Shown here piece after piece: positions 28,749 to 38,708 of a DNA stretch of 64,000 nucleotides. A program made the position numbers and the translations under genes. Source of the stretch: Polyangiaceae bacterium (GTDB lineage: Bacteria; Myxococcota_A; Polyangia; Polyangiales; Polyangiaceae). The stretch lies in the NCBI GenBank assembly GCA_965222375.1, contig CBDCTZ010000013.1, positions 640,001 through 704,000 on the forward strand. Direction: 5' to 3'. Numbering within the stretch: the stretch's first letter is position 1; each line of letters opens with the position of its first letter. The notes below the pieces were generated by a model. The model had not been told where the DNA came from. It did no database searches and worked only from the letters and a program-made list of their open reading frames with translations.

Positions 28749-29834
28749 ATGTGCATCGTCGTGTTTGGCGCAACCGGTTTCACAGGGCGGCTCGTCACCC
28801 GGGAGTTGGCGGCGCTCGGCGCGGACGAGCTAATCCTCGGCGGTCGGAGCAGGGAGCGGCTCGACGCCCTCGCCGAGAAAACCAAGTCGGAAGTTCGGGT
28901 GGCTGATGTGGCCAGCGCAAGCGACTTGCGCACCCTCGTGCGGGGGGCCAGAGTTGTGGTGTCGACGGTTGGGCCTTTCTTGAAGTTTGGCGAGGCCGTG
29001 GTGCGCGCAGCGCTGGACGCCGGCGCGCACTTCTTGGACACGACGGGAGAGCAGGCATACGTCGCCAAGCTCGTGGAGCGCTACCACGGGGCTGCGGTCG
29101 AAAAGAAGGTCGCCATCGTCAACGCCCATGCCTTCGAGTTCGCCCTGGGGATCTCTGCGGCAAGTCTGTTGTGCGAGCGACACCCCGACGTGCACAGCGT
29201 CGACGTGTTCAACCGCGCGGGAGGCTCAGGCGCGTCCCGGGGGACGCAAAAGTCCGCTCTCGGCGCACTCCAGGCGGAAGCGTTGGTGCGCAAGCGCGGG
29301 CGCCTCGTGCCACGAGGGCCCAACCCACGACCCATGCGGGTGCGTTTCCCGGGCCGCAGTCGATCGTCCGTGGCCGTTCCCTTTCCGGGGACCGAAGCAC
29401 TCTTCCTGAGTCGCGCGTATCCAAATGTGAAAAACGTCTCAACCAACCTGGTGATGCCGAAAGCAGCCGCTTACGCCGCAATGGGGCTCTGGTCTGTTCG
29501 CGGCGCTCTGCGCCCATTGGCGGGCATCGGCGCACTCTCCTGGCTCGAAGCGCGCATCGACGCAGGCGCCGAAGGCCCCGATGAAAGCGCACGTCAGTCC
29601 CAGAATTTCACCGTTCTAGCGCAAGGACATGGCCGGTCGGGGTCGCCCGCAGTGACCATTCACGGCAGTGATCCCTACGGCATCACCGGGATGTTGGCTG
29701 CTCAAGGCGCGCATTGGCTCAGACAGGACGGCCCGCAAAGGCCGGGAGTCGTGTCATCCGCGGAGGCCTTCGGCGCCAAGCGCATACTCGGCGAACTCGC
29801 ACCCCACGACGTGCGATACGAGATGCACGACTAA
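28749..29834 (+). CDS. Saccharopine dehydrogenase-like oxidoreductase
   Basis: VFGATGFTG, VGPF..GE.V, DTTGE, DPYGIT. Confidence 0.85.
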   Translation: MCIVVFGATGFTGRLVTRELAALGADELILGGRSRERLDALAEKTKSEVRVADVASASDLRTLVRGARVVVSTVGPFLKFGEAVVRAALDAGAHFLDTTGEQAYVAKLVERYHGAAVEKKVAIVNAHAFEFALGISAASLLCERHPDVHSVDVFNRAGGSGASRGTQKSALGALQAEALVRKRGRLVPRGPNPRPMRVRFPGRSRSSVAVPFPGTEALFLSRAYPNVKNVSTNLVMPKAAAYAAMGLWSVRGALRPLAGIGALSWLEARIDAGAEGPDESARQSQNFTVLAQGHGRSGSPAVTIHGSDPYGITGMLAAQGAHWLRQDGPQRPGVVSSAEAFGAKRILGELAPHDVRYEMHD

Positions 29835-29835
29835 T

Positions 29836-31827
29836 TCACTCGAGTGGTAGCTCTAGATTGGCGCTGACGTGCAGGCTGCGTCCCGGCAGTGGAAATCCAA
29901 GCAAGTCGAGTTCGCGCTCATCCAATATATTGTCCAGGCTACCGCGCAGGACGAGCAGGCCGCGAAAAAGTGCCACGGCCGCATCCGTGCTCAATACCTG
30001 CGACGCAGGCAGCACGATGAGCCCTGCTGGGTCAGCAACCCGGCTCGACCGCGTACGCATGGACAGCCCGACCTCGGCGCGGGAGATCCGAGGTGGCGCT
30101 GGCGCAGCGTAGGCGGCCACCCGAGCATGACTCGTCAATCTCGACTGGAAGGGCAGGAGATCGTTACGGGTGTTGCGACCTGCAGTGATATCTCGAGGCT
30201 CCATTGCCGTCACGGCGACGTCCAATTGCAGGTGCTGGAGCGCATCGATCCGTGCTGCCAGCTCCGCACCAAGGACGCGCGCGGCCCCGATATTGAACGG
30301 GCGCAGGGAGCCAAAGCCCGAGCGACGAAACGCGATCAGGTCGTCCACCTGGCGTGCGAAGCCGCCGAGATCTGCCTCGAAGCTGAATTTGGCGGAGGGT
30401 GACAGTCGACTCCGAGCGCCCAGCTCTACGGAAACCCCACGTTCAGGCTCGAGGCTGGGGTTGCCCAGGGATACGGCGGACACGCCGTACAACTCTCCCA
30501 AGGTGGGCGGCCGCTGAGCCAAGCCAGCGCTGCCACGAAGACTCAACTGCGGCAGTGGCGACAGCACGGCGCCAAGGCGTCCTTGCGGCATGGTGTCCGA
30601 CCGCCCCGTGCCAACGGTACCTTGAGTAGCATATTGGTCCACTGCGGCAGCAGCGAGGAGCCTCAGCTTCGAGAAGGGGCGATAGGACGCACCCAGCGTG
30701 CTGCGCCCGGTGAAGCGCCGAGCGTGGGAGGCCACCGAGGACTCGCTCCTGAGCCGCGAAACCTCGTAGCGAACTCGAAGCCGCGCGGACACCGGCCCGA
30801 GAGCGCCACGCCAGCCGACACTCTGACCCAACCGCACGCCCAGCAATCGGGTCGAAGCTGCTCCCAGCCCAAGTTCCCGAGCTTCATCGTCAACGGCATG
30901 TGCAGTCCAAAGCGCGTCGGTTCCGACTTCGATGCTACAGGCGTCGGCATCCCGTCGACATGGCGTGCGGCCTTCAGTGCCCATGAGCATGCGGCGAGTT
31001 CGAGAGCGCGCTTTTGACGCGGGAATCAGGGCGATACCCGCAGCACCTTGGCGGCGAGAGAACGCGTTTACGACGGTTACGAAACGAGCGCGCCCAAATC
31101 GCCACTGGTTCACCGACCAAATATCCGACTCGGAGTGGTCGGCGTTGTCCCTAGAACGCTCCCGATCGTCACTGGGATCGAACGCAGTCCCGCCATCATC
31201 CAAGTAGGAGAAGTCGTTGTCGGCCCGAGCCAGCCGCACGCCGACCGAAGAGGAGGCCGACTTACCAGCAACCGCTCCACCAACCGTCAGAGACCGTGCA
31301 CCAAAGCTGCCAACTGATCCGCCCAGGTTGACGCCCGAGCGGCGAGCGCGCCGGGGCTCGAATACGACCGCTCCGCCGATCCCCCATTGGTCGAGCTCCA
31401 CAGGTGTAGCGCCGCGATAGACCTCGACCCGGTCCAACATCCACAGAGGAACGCGACTCAGATCTGCGGTGCCGGTCAAGTCATCGTTGAGCCGTACTCT
31501 GCCCAAGTACACGGGGGTTTGCGCGCTGGAAGCTGCGCGAAGTGAAACCGTGGCGAGTTCGGCGCCAGAGCCGGATCGTGAGAGCTGCGCGCCAGGCACC
31601 TCCGCCAAGACCCTGCTCGCGTCTGCGCCAGGACGAGTCAGGCGATGCCGATCAACGCGGGTTGAGCTGATACTGTCGTCCCGACTCGAGCTCAGGGGGC
31701 GCTTCGGACCAGCGACGGTCACGTCTAGTTGTCCGGAATGCTCCGTAGGGGCGTCCGGCTGCGCGCGAGCCAAACCCGCATGCAGCGAGCCAACTAGAGC
31801 GACGACTGAAACCGTTCTCAAGGACAC
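29836..31827 (-). CDS. TonB-dependent receptor, BtuB-like
   Basis: Plug (LAEVPG, DRVEVYRG, IGGAV), RPPTLGELY, GNPSLEPE, PLPGR; lies downstream of a cobalamin riboswitch. Confidence 0.8.
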   Translation of the reverse strand: MSLRTVSVVALVGSLHAGLARAQPDAPTEHSGQLDVTVAGPKRPLSSSRDDSISSTRVDRHRLTRPGADASRVLAEVPGAQLSRSGSGAELATVSLRAASSAQTPVYLGRVRLNDDLTGTADLSRVPLWMLDRVEVYRGATPVELDQWGIGGAVVFEPRRARRSGVNLGGSVGSFGARSLTVGGAVAGKSASSSVGVRLARADNDFSYLDDGGTAFDPSDDRERSRDNADHSESDIWSVNQWRFGRARFVTVVNAFSRRQGAAGIALIPASKARSRTRRMLMGTEGRTPCRRDADACSIEVGTDALWTAHAVDDEARELGLGAASTRLLGVRLGQSVGWRGALGPVSARLRVRYEVSRLRSESSVASHARRFTGRSTLGASYRPFSKLRLLAAAAVDQYATQGTVGTGRSDTMPQGRLGAVLSPLPQLSLRGSAGLAQRPPTLGELYGVSAVSLGNPSLEPERGVSVELGARSRLSPSAKFSFEADLGGFARQVDDLIAFRRSGFGSLRPFNIGAARVLGAELAARIDALQHLQLDVAVTAMEPRDITAGRNTRNDLLPFQSRLTSHARVAAYAAPAPPRISRAEVGLSMRTRSSRVADPAGLIVLPASQVLSTDAAVALFRGLLVLRGSLDNILDERELDLLGFPLPGRSLHVSANLELPLE

Positions 31828-32597
31828 TCGGCGTTCAGAATGCCAACCGCATCCAGATCGAAGACGCCGTTGCTGCCGACCAAGTCCACACGGTCGGTGA
31901 TGCGCACGTAGCGAGCACGCTGGAGCCCCAGAGTGGCCAAATCGTAAACATCTCCACCCGCCCCGGCCCCAAGCGGATCAATGCCGTTGTTGTCCGCATT
32001 GGCATAGACCGGAGCAACGCCGGCACACTCGTCGTAGGGAGGCTCCGACGCCGCGCAGGGATACTCGTGCCAGCTCACGCCATCTTCGCTCACCGCAACG
32101 CTTGCCAGCTCTGCGAAACTCTTCGACTCGTCGCCCCCGATGTAAAATGCGTTTTCGAACACGACGAAGTCCGCGCCCGGGCCATCCACGATGGCGTTGT
32201 GGGCAAACGCCAGGACCACGCTGCCGCCGTTGCCCAGCGACGTGACGTCCAGACCGCCAGCGCAGCAGCCCCCACCCTTGGGCGGTCCGAGTATCGCTTT
32301 GGGGAAATCGAGCTGCCCCACACTCTGACCTGGACCAAAGGCATGGCTGGTAGAGTGGCTCACGAAGTGCGCGCTGCTGGAGTTGCAAACGATGGGACCC
32401 GGGTCGTAAGCCTCTGCGGCATCCGGGACCCCGCCATCCTGCGGGATCGCGGCGTCAACGCCCCCAGCGCCAGCATTGCCCGCGGCCCCTCCATCGGGAC
32501 CAGCCCCCCCGGCCCCGGGCGCGCCCGACGGGTCACTGCCACAGCTCAAGGCGAACCCGCACAGCAGGCTCGCCAACATTGTCGTCTTCGGTTTCAT
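31818..32597 (-). CDS. Cell-surface lipoprotein, BtuH-like (putative cobalamin binding)
   Basis: Lipobox ALSC; SLGNGG.VV.F..IVDGPGADFVVFENAF, VSEDG, RYVRITD, FDLDAV; first gene after the riboswitch. Confidence 0.65.
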   Translation of the reverse strand: MKPKTTMLASLLCGFALSCGSDPSGAPGAGGAGPDGGAAGNAGAGGVDAAIPQDGGVPDAAEAYDPGPIVCNSSSAHFVSHSTSHAFGPGQSVGQLDFPKAILGPPKGGGCCAGGLDVTSLGNGGSVVLAFAHNAIVDGPGADFVVFENAFYIGGDESKSFAELASVAVSEDGVSWHEYPCAASEPPYDECAGVAPVYANADNNGIDPLGAGAGGDVYDLATLGLQRARYVRITDRVDLVGSNGVFDLDAVGILNAECP

Positions 32598-32664
32598 CAG
32601 GACTCCTCGGGCGAGGCACGCGCCCAGGTTGCAGGCCGCCCGAACCTTTTCGGCTCGGGCGTCG

Positions 32665-32820
32665 TTGAGGGGGTCTTCTGACTTCCCGCGCGTTCTGATC
32701 GCCTTCCCAGCCTCTGCGGCCAGTGGCTCCGTGATCAGAGCGTTGAATTCGGGTTACAGCGGCGGCTCCGTGCCGGACTTGCACCGGCTTCCCCGCACAA
32801 GGTGCGCCTGCACCCTGCCC
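32665..32820 (-). ncRNA. Cobalamin (B12) riboswitch
   Basis: Minus strand GGGAAGCCGGTGCAAGTCCGGCACGGAGCCGCCGCTGTAA...GCCACTGG..CTGGGAAGG...AAGTCAGAAGACC has the canonical B12-element motifs in order. Confidence 0.92.
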
Positions 32821-32909
32821 CCAGCGAAGTGGGGCTCAAACGACACCCTTCAGGTACCACGCCGAGGCCCTGAGGCCAATCCGAGATTTTCGCGCTTCTC
32901 GCGGCGAGT

Positions 32910-33332
32910 TCACTCGTCGAAGGAGAAGCTGACAGCCTTGTCCTTCTCGAAACCGAGGGAATTGTAGAAATTGAGCACGCCGGTATCCGCCTTGACCAGC
33001 GGTTTGACCTTCACTCGGCTCGGCACTTTGCCCATTGACTCCCGCAGGGCCGTGACGAGCTTCTTCGCTATGCCTTGGTGCCGGTTGTTGGGGTGTACGA
33101 CAAGTTCCTGAATGAACAGCACGAGACCTTGCTCGCGTTCGAAGGAATAGCCGAGAACCGCTCCGGTCAGCCCCTCCGCACCTGCCGCAACGAAGCAACT
33201 GGTGGGCTCGAAACCGTAGAACTTCTCGATGTACGCGCGGGCCCCCTCGCGCGTCCATTCAACGCCATATCCGTCGAGGTAGAGCTGGGCAACACCGTCC
33301 AGATCGCCATCCTGCATACGCCGAATCTCCAT
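32910..33332 (-). CDS. GNAT family N-acetyltransferase
   Basis: LVVHPNNRHQGIAKKL and FYNSLGF motifs; alternative start at 33344. Confidence 0.85.
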   Translation of the reverse strand: MEIRRMQDGDLDGVAQLYLDGYGVEWTREGARAYIEKFYGFEPTSCFVAAGAEGLTGAVLGYSFEREQGLVLFIQELVVHPNNRHQGIAKKLVTALRESMGKVPSRVKVKPLVKADTGVLNFYNSLGFEKDKAVSFSFDE

Positions 33333-33387
33333 GTCTGCGTCCATACCACGTTCCGGAGAAATGGGGCTGCCGCGACGAGGGGCGTTC

Positions 33388-33735
33388 TCAGGGGAACGGG
33401 GGCCAGCCCAGGGCCTTGCCGCCGAGCACGTGGAGGTGCACGTGAAAAACGCTCTGCCCACCGTCTGCCTTGCAGTTCATGACGGTCCGAAAACCCCGCT
33501 CGCCGAGCCCCTCTTGGGCGGCAACCTTGGACGCCACCCGAAACAGGTGCCCCATCTCGGCCTCGTCCGACTCCTGCACGTCGTCGACGGTGGAAATGTG
33601 ACGTCGCGGAATGACCAGGACGTGAGTCGGCGCCGCAGCATTGATGTCCCGGAAAGCGATCGCTCGATCGTCTTCGAATACGACATCGGCGGGGATCTTC
33701 TTTTCGACAATCTTGCAGAACAGGCAGTCGGACAT
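33388..33735 (-). CDS. Histidine triad (HIT) nucleotide-binding protein
   Basis: CLFCKI, GQSVFHVHLHVLGG. Confidence 0.95.
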   Translation of the reverse strand: MSDCLFCKIVEKKIPADVVFEDDRAIAFRDINAAAPTHVLVIPRRHISTVDDVQESDEAEMGHLFRVASKVAAQEGLGERGFRTVMNCKADGGQSVFHVHLHVLGGKALGWPPFP

Positions 33736-33747
33736 GGCTCCATCCAA

Positions 33748-34197
33748 TCAGAACAGTCGTTTCGAATCGATCAGTATCGTGACCGGCCCATCGTTGGAAA
33801 GCTCGACCACCATATGCTCCCGGAAGCGCCCGGTTTCCACCGCGACCCCGCGCTCACGACAAGCGCCGCAAAAACGGTTGAACAGCAGTTTGGCCTGTTC
33901 AGGTTCCATGGCTCCTCCAAAACTCGGCCGGCGACCTTTGCGTACGTCGCCGAACAAGGTGAACTGGGAGACGGCCAGGAGCGCTCCACCGACGTCCTCC
34001 ACGCTGCGGTTCATTTTTCCAGCGTCGTCCTCGAATATCCGCAGGGTGCACACCTTGTCCGCGAGCGAGAGGGCGTCTTGGTCTTCGTCCTCACGGCCGA
34101 CACCAACCAATACGACCAGGCCGTGTCCAACGCGACCAACCGTCTGCGCGTCCACGCTCACCTGCCCACTCGTAACTCGCTGCACTACCGCCCGCAT
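33748..34197 (-). CDS. dtd: D-aminoacyl-tRNA deacylase
   Basis: [13 protein letters not shown] and NDGPVT motifs. Confidence 0.97.
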   Translation of the reverse strand: MRAVVQRVTSGQVSVDAQTVGRVGHGLVVLVGVGREDEDQDALSLADKVCTLRIFEDDAGKMNRSVEDVGGALLAVSQFTLFGDVRKGRRPSFGGAMEPEQAKLLFNRFCGACRERGVAVETGRFREHMVVELSNDGPVTILIDSKRLF

Positions 34198-34243
34198 CGT
34201 TTCCGGGCTCAGCTAGCAGGCGACGCGCGGGCTAGGCAAGCCC

Positions 34244-35110
34244 TCAGTGCTTCGCGAAGATCCAAGACGCCGCGCCGTAGCTGAGCTTCTGCCATTTGGC
34301 GTAGGATAAGACTGCTCGTTTACGGATCGCATCCCGCTTCTGACCGTCGCCCAACCCGCGCAAGACTGCCGCCAGTACGTAGCCTTCGGGTGCCATGAGG
34401 GCGCGGGTCATCACGACTGGCCTGGAACCCGCGCGCCGCAAACTGGGCGCAAAGTAGGGCTCCGAGTCGCACGCCAGGACGAAGGATGGAACCGCGTGGC
34501 CGGAACGACTCTTGGAAGCCGGCAGGGTTCGTCCGTCCATCAGGCGGTTGTGGCCGACGTAGCCGACGACATGCACCTTCGTCGGCGCGCCGACTCCCGG
34601 TATCTTCACCGTTTCGCCGTTGGCAGCGGCTCCATAGAAATCGTCTACCGCGTGATCAATGCTTTTTCCGTCCACCGCATCGAGCACGACAATCTGTCGC
34701 ACTCGCTTTCCCTTGCCGAGCCCCCACTTGTCGCCTGGAACCCAGCGCTCGTAGACGCGGCGCTGCATGATCGCGCCACCAGGCTTCTGCACTTCCAGCA
34801 GTGCGAACTGGCTTCGCTTGCGCTCCAGGAACCGCTGGGCGCCAAAAATCGCCCCCCAATACAGGTTGTATCGAAGGTTAGACGGACGACCCGCTAGCTC
34901 GCTCCCACAGTCCACCAGGGCGTTGTCGCATAGCGCCACGACGACACGCACGACGAAGGGCGCCCCGGCGCGTACGTCCGACTCGGCCTTAGGCCGCCAA
35001 GATGCCTGGGCAGCGGCGGTGGGCGGACTCTGGGCATGCGCCGGAGAGGCGGCGAGGATCGAGGCGATTGCCAGAAATATCGCTATCCCCCGGGTCCGCA
35101 AGCTCTTCAT
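34244..35110 (-). CDS. Secreted hypothetical protein
   Basis: Signal peptide ending AHA; VALCDN, NLYWGA, YVGHN, VLAC. Confidence 0.7.
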   Translation of the reverse strand: MKSLRTRGIAIFLAIASILAASPAHAQSPPTAAAQASWRPKAESDVRAGAPFVVRVVVALCDNALVDCGSELAGRPSNLRYNLYWGAIFGAQRFLERKRSQFALLEVQKPGGAIMQRRVYERWVPGDKWGLGKGKRVRQIVVLDAVDGKSIDHAVDDFYGAAANGETVKIPGVGAPTKVHVVGYVGHNRLMDGRTLPASKSRSGHAVPSFVLACDSEPYFAPSLRRAGSRPVVMTRALMAPEGYVLAAVLRGLGDGQKRDAIRKRAVLSYAKWQKLSYGAASWIFAKH

Positions 35111-35216
35111 GATCTGTACATCGCAGTCAGTCCAGATTGTGTGACAACCGACCCTCGGAGCTTCTTGGCCCAGGGCCAACGCCCGCGCCAGGCGTGGCTT
35201 CGGCTAGGCTCGGCGC

Positions 35217-36110
35217 ATGATGCGACTTCCCGCGCCGGAGCTGCCAACCTGGCTCGAACCCTTCTTGCCCTTCGAGCGCTACCGCATACCCATCGGCCCC
35301 TACGCCATGCACGTGATGGAGCAGGGCGAGGGTCGACCCGTACTGATGGTGCACGGCAACCCGACCTGGGGCTTCCTGTATCGACGTGTCGCGGCACAAC
35401 TCGATCCAGCGCGCTTCCGTGTAATGATGCCAGATCTGATCGGGCTCGGGCTCTCTGACAAGCCCCGAGACGCCGAGGAACACCAGCTGGATGCCCACGG
35501 CCGCTTTCTTGGCGCGTTGATCGACACCCTCGACCTCCGAGATGTGATCCTCGTCGTTCAAGACTGGGGCGGCGCCATCGGCCTTCGAGCGTTCCTGGAG
35601 CGAAGACAGCGTTTGAGCGGCCTTGTGCTGCTCAACACGGTTGTGGGCCCTCCCAAGCCGGGCTTTCGTCCCACGACCTTTCACCGCTTCGCGCGCATGC
35701 CATTGATCAGCGAGCTAGCTTTTCGCGGCCTGTCGTTCCCCCAAGGCTTCATCGCCGTTGCCCAAGGCGACCGCGCAAGTATCCGCGGGGACATCGCGCG
35801 GGCCTACCGATATCCGCTGCGTCGGTTTGCCGATCGCGTCGCGCCACTCGCGCTGGCTCGCATGGTGCCGGACTCCATGACCCACCCGTCCATTCCAGCG
35901 CTGAAACGAACACAGGAGTTCGTGACCAGCTGCGACATTCCCATGGCGATGGTTTGGGGTGATCGGGACCCGGTGCTCGGCAGGGTTCGCAGCCACTTGC
36001 AGCGTCTGCTCCCAAAAGCAGAAGTCACCGTGACCAATGCGGGCCACTTTCTTCAAGAAGAAGTACCGACGGAGATAGCCGCAGCCGTGCGAAGCGTGGC
36101 TGAGCGCTGA
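35217..36110 (+). CDS. Alpha/beta hydrolase, haloalkane dehalogenase-like
   Basis: HGNPTWGFLYR, QDWGG nucleophile, AGHFLQEE. Confidence 0.9.
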   Translation: MMRLPAPELPTWLEPFLPFERYRIPIGPYAMHVMEQGEGRPVLMVHGNPTWGFLYRRVAAQLDPARFRVMMPDLIGLGLSDKPRDAEEHQLDAHGRFLGALIDTLDLRDVILVVQDWGGAIGLRAFLERRQRLSGLVLLNTVVGPPKPGFRPTTFHRFARMPLISELAFRGLSFPQGFIAVAQGDRASIRGDIARAYRYPLRRFADRVAPLALARMVPDSMTHPSIPALKRTQEFVTSCDIPMAMVWGDRDPVLGRVRSHLQRLLPKAEVTVTNAGHFLQEEVPTEIAAAVRSVAER

Positions 36111-36141
36111 CGAAGCGGCAAAAAAGCTCTATGGTCGAGGA

Positions 36142-38091
36142 ATGCAGTCGGGTGTGCCGAGCCGGCCAGGCTCAGCCTTCATGGGGCGGGTGCTCAAATC
36201 CGAGGTCCATACCGACGTCAGCTACCGCGTAGAACGGATTCTTGGACAGGGCGGCACCGCCGTCGCCTTCTTCGCGACGCGCCACTCCCCTGGGGGAGAG
36301 ACTCCAGTCGTGGTCAAGGTCATCTTGCCTAGGCTCGTCGTCGAGTCGGGAGATCAAGCCAATATCATCGTGAAAAAGGAAGCGGTCGCGCTGGGCCGCT
36401 TGAACGAACGTGTCCCACCCACACCCTTCGTCGTGAGACTTCTGGATACGGGCCACATCGCCTTCGACTACTTCGGGCGCACACTGTCACTACCTTGGAT
36501 CGCACTGGAGTACGTGCACGGGGGCGTCGAAGGTACGACGCTGGAATCGCGAGTGGCGCACTCGGTGCGCGCAACTCGTTCCGGCTTCGACCCCGAGCGC
36601 GCCGCGCGGCTTGTCGACAGCCTGGCCCGAGGATTGACCGAAATCCATGCGGTCGGCGTCGTACATCGGGATCTGACTCCCGGGAACGTGCTGTGCTGCG
36701 GCTCGGGTGAAACCGAGATGTTCAAGATCTCCGACTTTGGCATTGCCAAGCCGGCGGGCCTTTCCGCGACTTTCGGTGACGCTATCGTCGGCACGCCCGG
36801 CTACGTCGCGCCCGAGCAGATTGGGGGCAACGCGCCGGTCGGTCCAGAGAGCGACGTCTTCTCTTTTGCAACCATCGTGTACTTCGTGTTGACGGGGCAG
36901 CGCTACTTTGATGTGTCCTCCCCGACCCAGGCTCTGGTCGCCGCCGGTACGCCCGATCGGAGAGCTTTGGCGAGCAACGCGGGGCTCAGCCAGGAGCTTC
37001 GGGATCAAGAGGCCGCGTGTCAGGCCATCGACCTGGCCCTGGCCCGAGCCACGGCTCCGGATCCGAAGGATCGGCCACGTAGTGCACAGCTGTTCGCGCA
37101 GAGCTTGCTACCGTGGCTGCACGCGGATTCCGCATCCGCGCGCCCCACGCGCCGCTGGTTCGACAGCATTCAGATGCTTCGGCCCGACGACGCCCCCCGA
37201 CAGTTCGTAGTCCGCCACCCCCCAGGCCAAGACCGCTTGTTGCTCTCGGTGGGTTGGAACGCAAGCGGCCACTGTCTAGCAGCTTCCACTCGGGGATTGT
37301 CCTATTGGGACGGCGTGCGTTGGGCTGAAGTGAATGCCGAAGGCATCGATCCAAACACGCAATTTGCACGGCGGCTGACGTCCACCTCTTGGCTCATCGG
37401 CGGCCCCCGGGCGTCACTTGCGAAGTTCAGCAGCGGAGACGTCGCTCAGCGCTATCACCCGCGGGATGAGGACGTGACCTTCACGGATGTCGCCGGGGAT
37501 CCCGAGGAGGTCGCGGTGCTCATCGCCGAGCGGCCCGGCGGCCCGCCGGAGCTTCATGCGGCCGTCGCCAAGCGCTTTCTCAAGCCCAAGGTGGCTGACG
37601 GAGCAGTCGCACTTTCAGGGGTCACGCGCCTCGACGACGAGCAGTGGCTAGTTGTTGGCCGAGCAGAAGCGGGAGCTTATGCCGCAATCTTCCGGCCACT
37701 ACTCTGGGAACTGGAAAAACTCGAAGTCCCGTCCGGTCGCGCTCTTCTCGCTTGTGCCTCATCGACGGAGCATGGTTTCGCCATTGGCGTGGGTACCGGT
37801 GGGTCGTGCATCCAGCTGCGCAAGGACGGTAGACGCGCCACCACGATTGTCGGTGAACCCGACTTCGCGTCCGTTGCTGTCGATCCTTTCGGGCGGGCCT
37901 ACGCCGCGGGGGCAGGAGCAATCTGGGTACAGAAAAACCCCACTTCTTTCGCGCTACTCTGGCAGGAGAAAAGCTGGCAGGCGCCCTTCATCAGTGTTCT
38001 GGCGGATGTGGGCCTCGTCATTGGCGTGACCGTGGACGGGGGAATCGTCGAGTGTCGCAGTGCGGCCCTGGACGCAACGCGGCCAGCCTGA
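36142..38091 (+). CDS. Ser/Thr protein kinase with C-terminal beta-rich (propeller-like) domain
   Basis: LGQGG, VVVK, HRDLTPGN, DFG, GTPGYVAPEQ. Confidence 0.9.
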   Translation: MQSGVPSRPGSAFMGRVLKSEVHTDVSYRVERILGQGGTAVAFFATRHSPGGETPVVVKVILPRLVVESGDQANIIVKKEAVALGRLNERVPPTPFVVRLLDTGHIAFDYFGRTLSLPWIALEYVHGGVEGTTLESRVAHSVRATRSGFDPERAARLVDSLARGLTEIHAVGVVHRDLTPGNVLCCGSGETEMFKISDFGIAKPAGLSATFGDAIVGTPGYVAPEQIGGNAPVGPESDVFSFATIVYFVLTGQRYFDVSSPTQALVAAGTPDRRALASNAGLSQELRDQEAACQAIDLALARATAPDPKDRPRSAQLFAQSLLPWLHADSASARPTRRWFDSIQMLRPDDAPRQFVVRHPPGQDRLLLSVGWNASGHCLAASTRGLSYWDGVRWAEVNAEGIDPNTQFARRLTSTSWLIGGPRASLAKFSSGDVAQRYHPRDEDVTFTDVAGDPEEVAVLIAERPGGPPELHAAVAKRFLKPKVADGAVALSGVTRLDDEQWLVVGRAEAGAYAAIFRPLLWELEKLEVPSGRALLACASSTEHGFAIGVGTGGSCIQLRKDGRRATTIVGEPDFASVAVDPFGRAYAAGAGAIWVQKNPTSFALLWQEKSWQAPFISVLADVGLVIGVTVDGGIVECRSAALDATRPA

Positions 38092-38094
38092 GCC

Positions 38095-38634
38095 TCACAC
38101 GGGCCAGTGGTACAGCAAGCCGTACAGCGCAACACCACTGACGGATACGAACAGCCAGATGGGCAGCGTAACCTTGGCGATCTTGCGATGAGCCGCAAAA
38201 TTCCCTCGAAACGCGCGAAACAGAGTGAGGAGGGCCAGGGGGACGATCAGCGCAGCGAGGATGATGTGCGGGATCAGCAGCGCGAAGTACAGCACACGAA
38301 TCGGGCCAATACCCCGAAACGGTACTGAGCCGACTTGGGAGTGATGCAACAGATAGCTGACCAAGAACGCCGCAGAAAAGCCAAGAGCCACGAGCATGCA
38401 GGCCCGGTGTAGCCGGCGGCTGCCGCGACGGATCATGACGTAACCAGCGACGAGAAAGGTCCCCGCGCTGGCATTCAACACTGCGTTCAGAGTCGGCAAG
38501 ACGCCTGGTTCGCCCGCTGTCGTTCGCCCCGGCGATGCGTACACCACCGCAGCGATCAGCACGCACGCCATCGCGGACAGGCCGAGAATGATGTTCCTGG
38601 CTAGCGGCGACTCGGATGTTTGAGTCTCGGTCAC
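38095..38634 (-). CDS. DUF420 family membrane protein
   Basis: LNAVLN, HRACM, FLVSYL, HIILA, HRKIA, WLFVSVSG. Confidence 0.85.
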   Translation of the reverse strand: MTETQTSESPLARNIILGLSAMACVLIAAVVYASPGRTTAGEPGVLPTLNAVLNASAGTFLVAGYVMIRRGSRRLHRACMLVALGFSAAFLVSYLLHHSQVGSVPFRGIGPIRVLYFALLIPHIILAALIVPLALLTLFRAFRGNFAAHRKIAKVTLPIWLFVSVSGVALYGLLYHWPV

Positions 38635-38708
38635 CCGCGCGACCTACTGTTGGAGGCAGCAGGTCGCAATGGCGAAGGGCATGCCCGACGGCAGGCCCAG
38701 GCTTCAGA

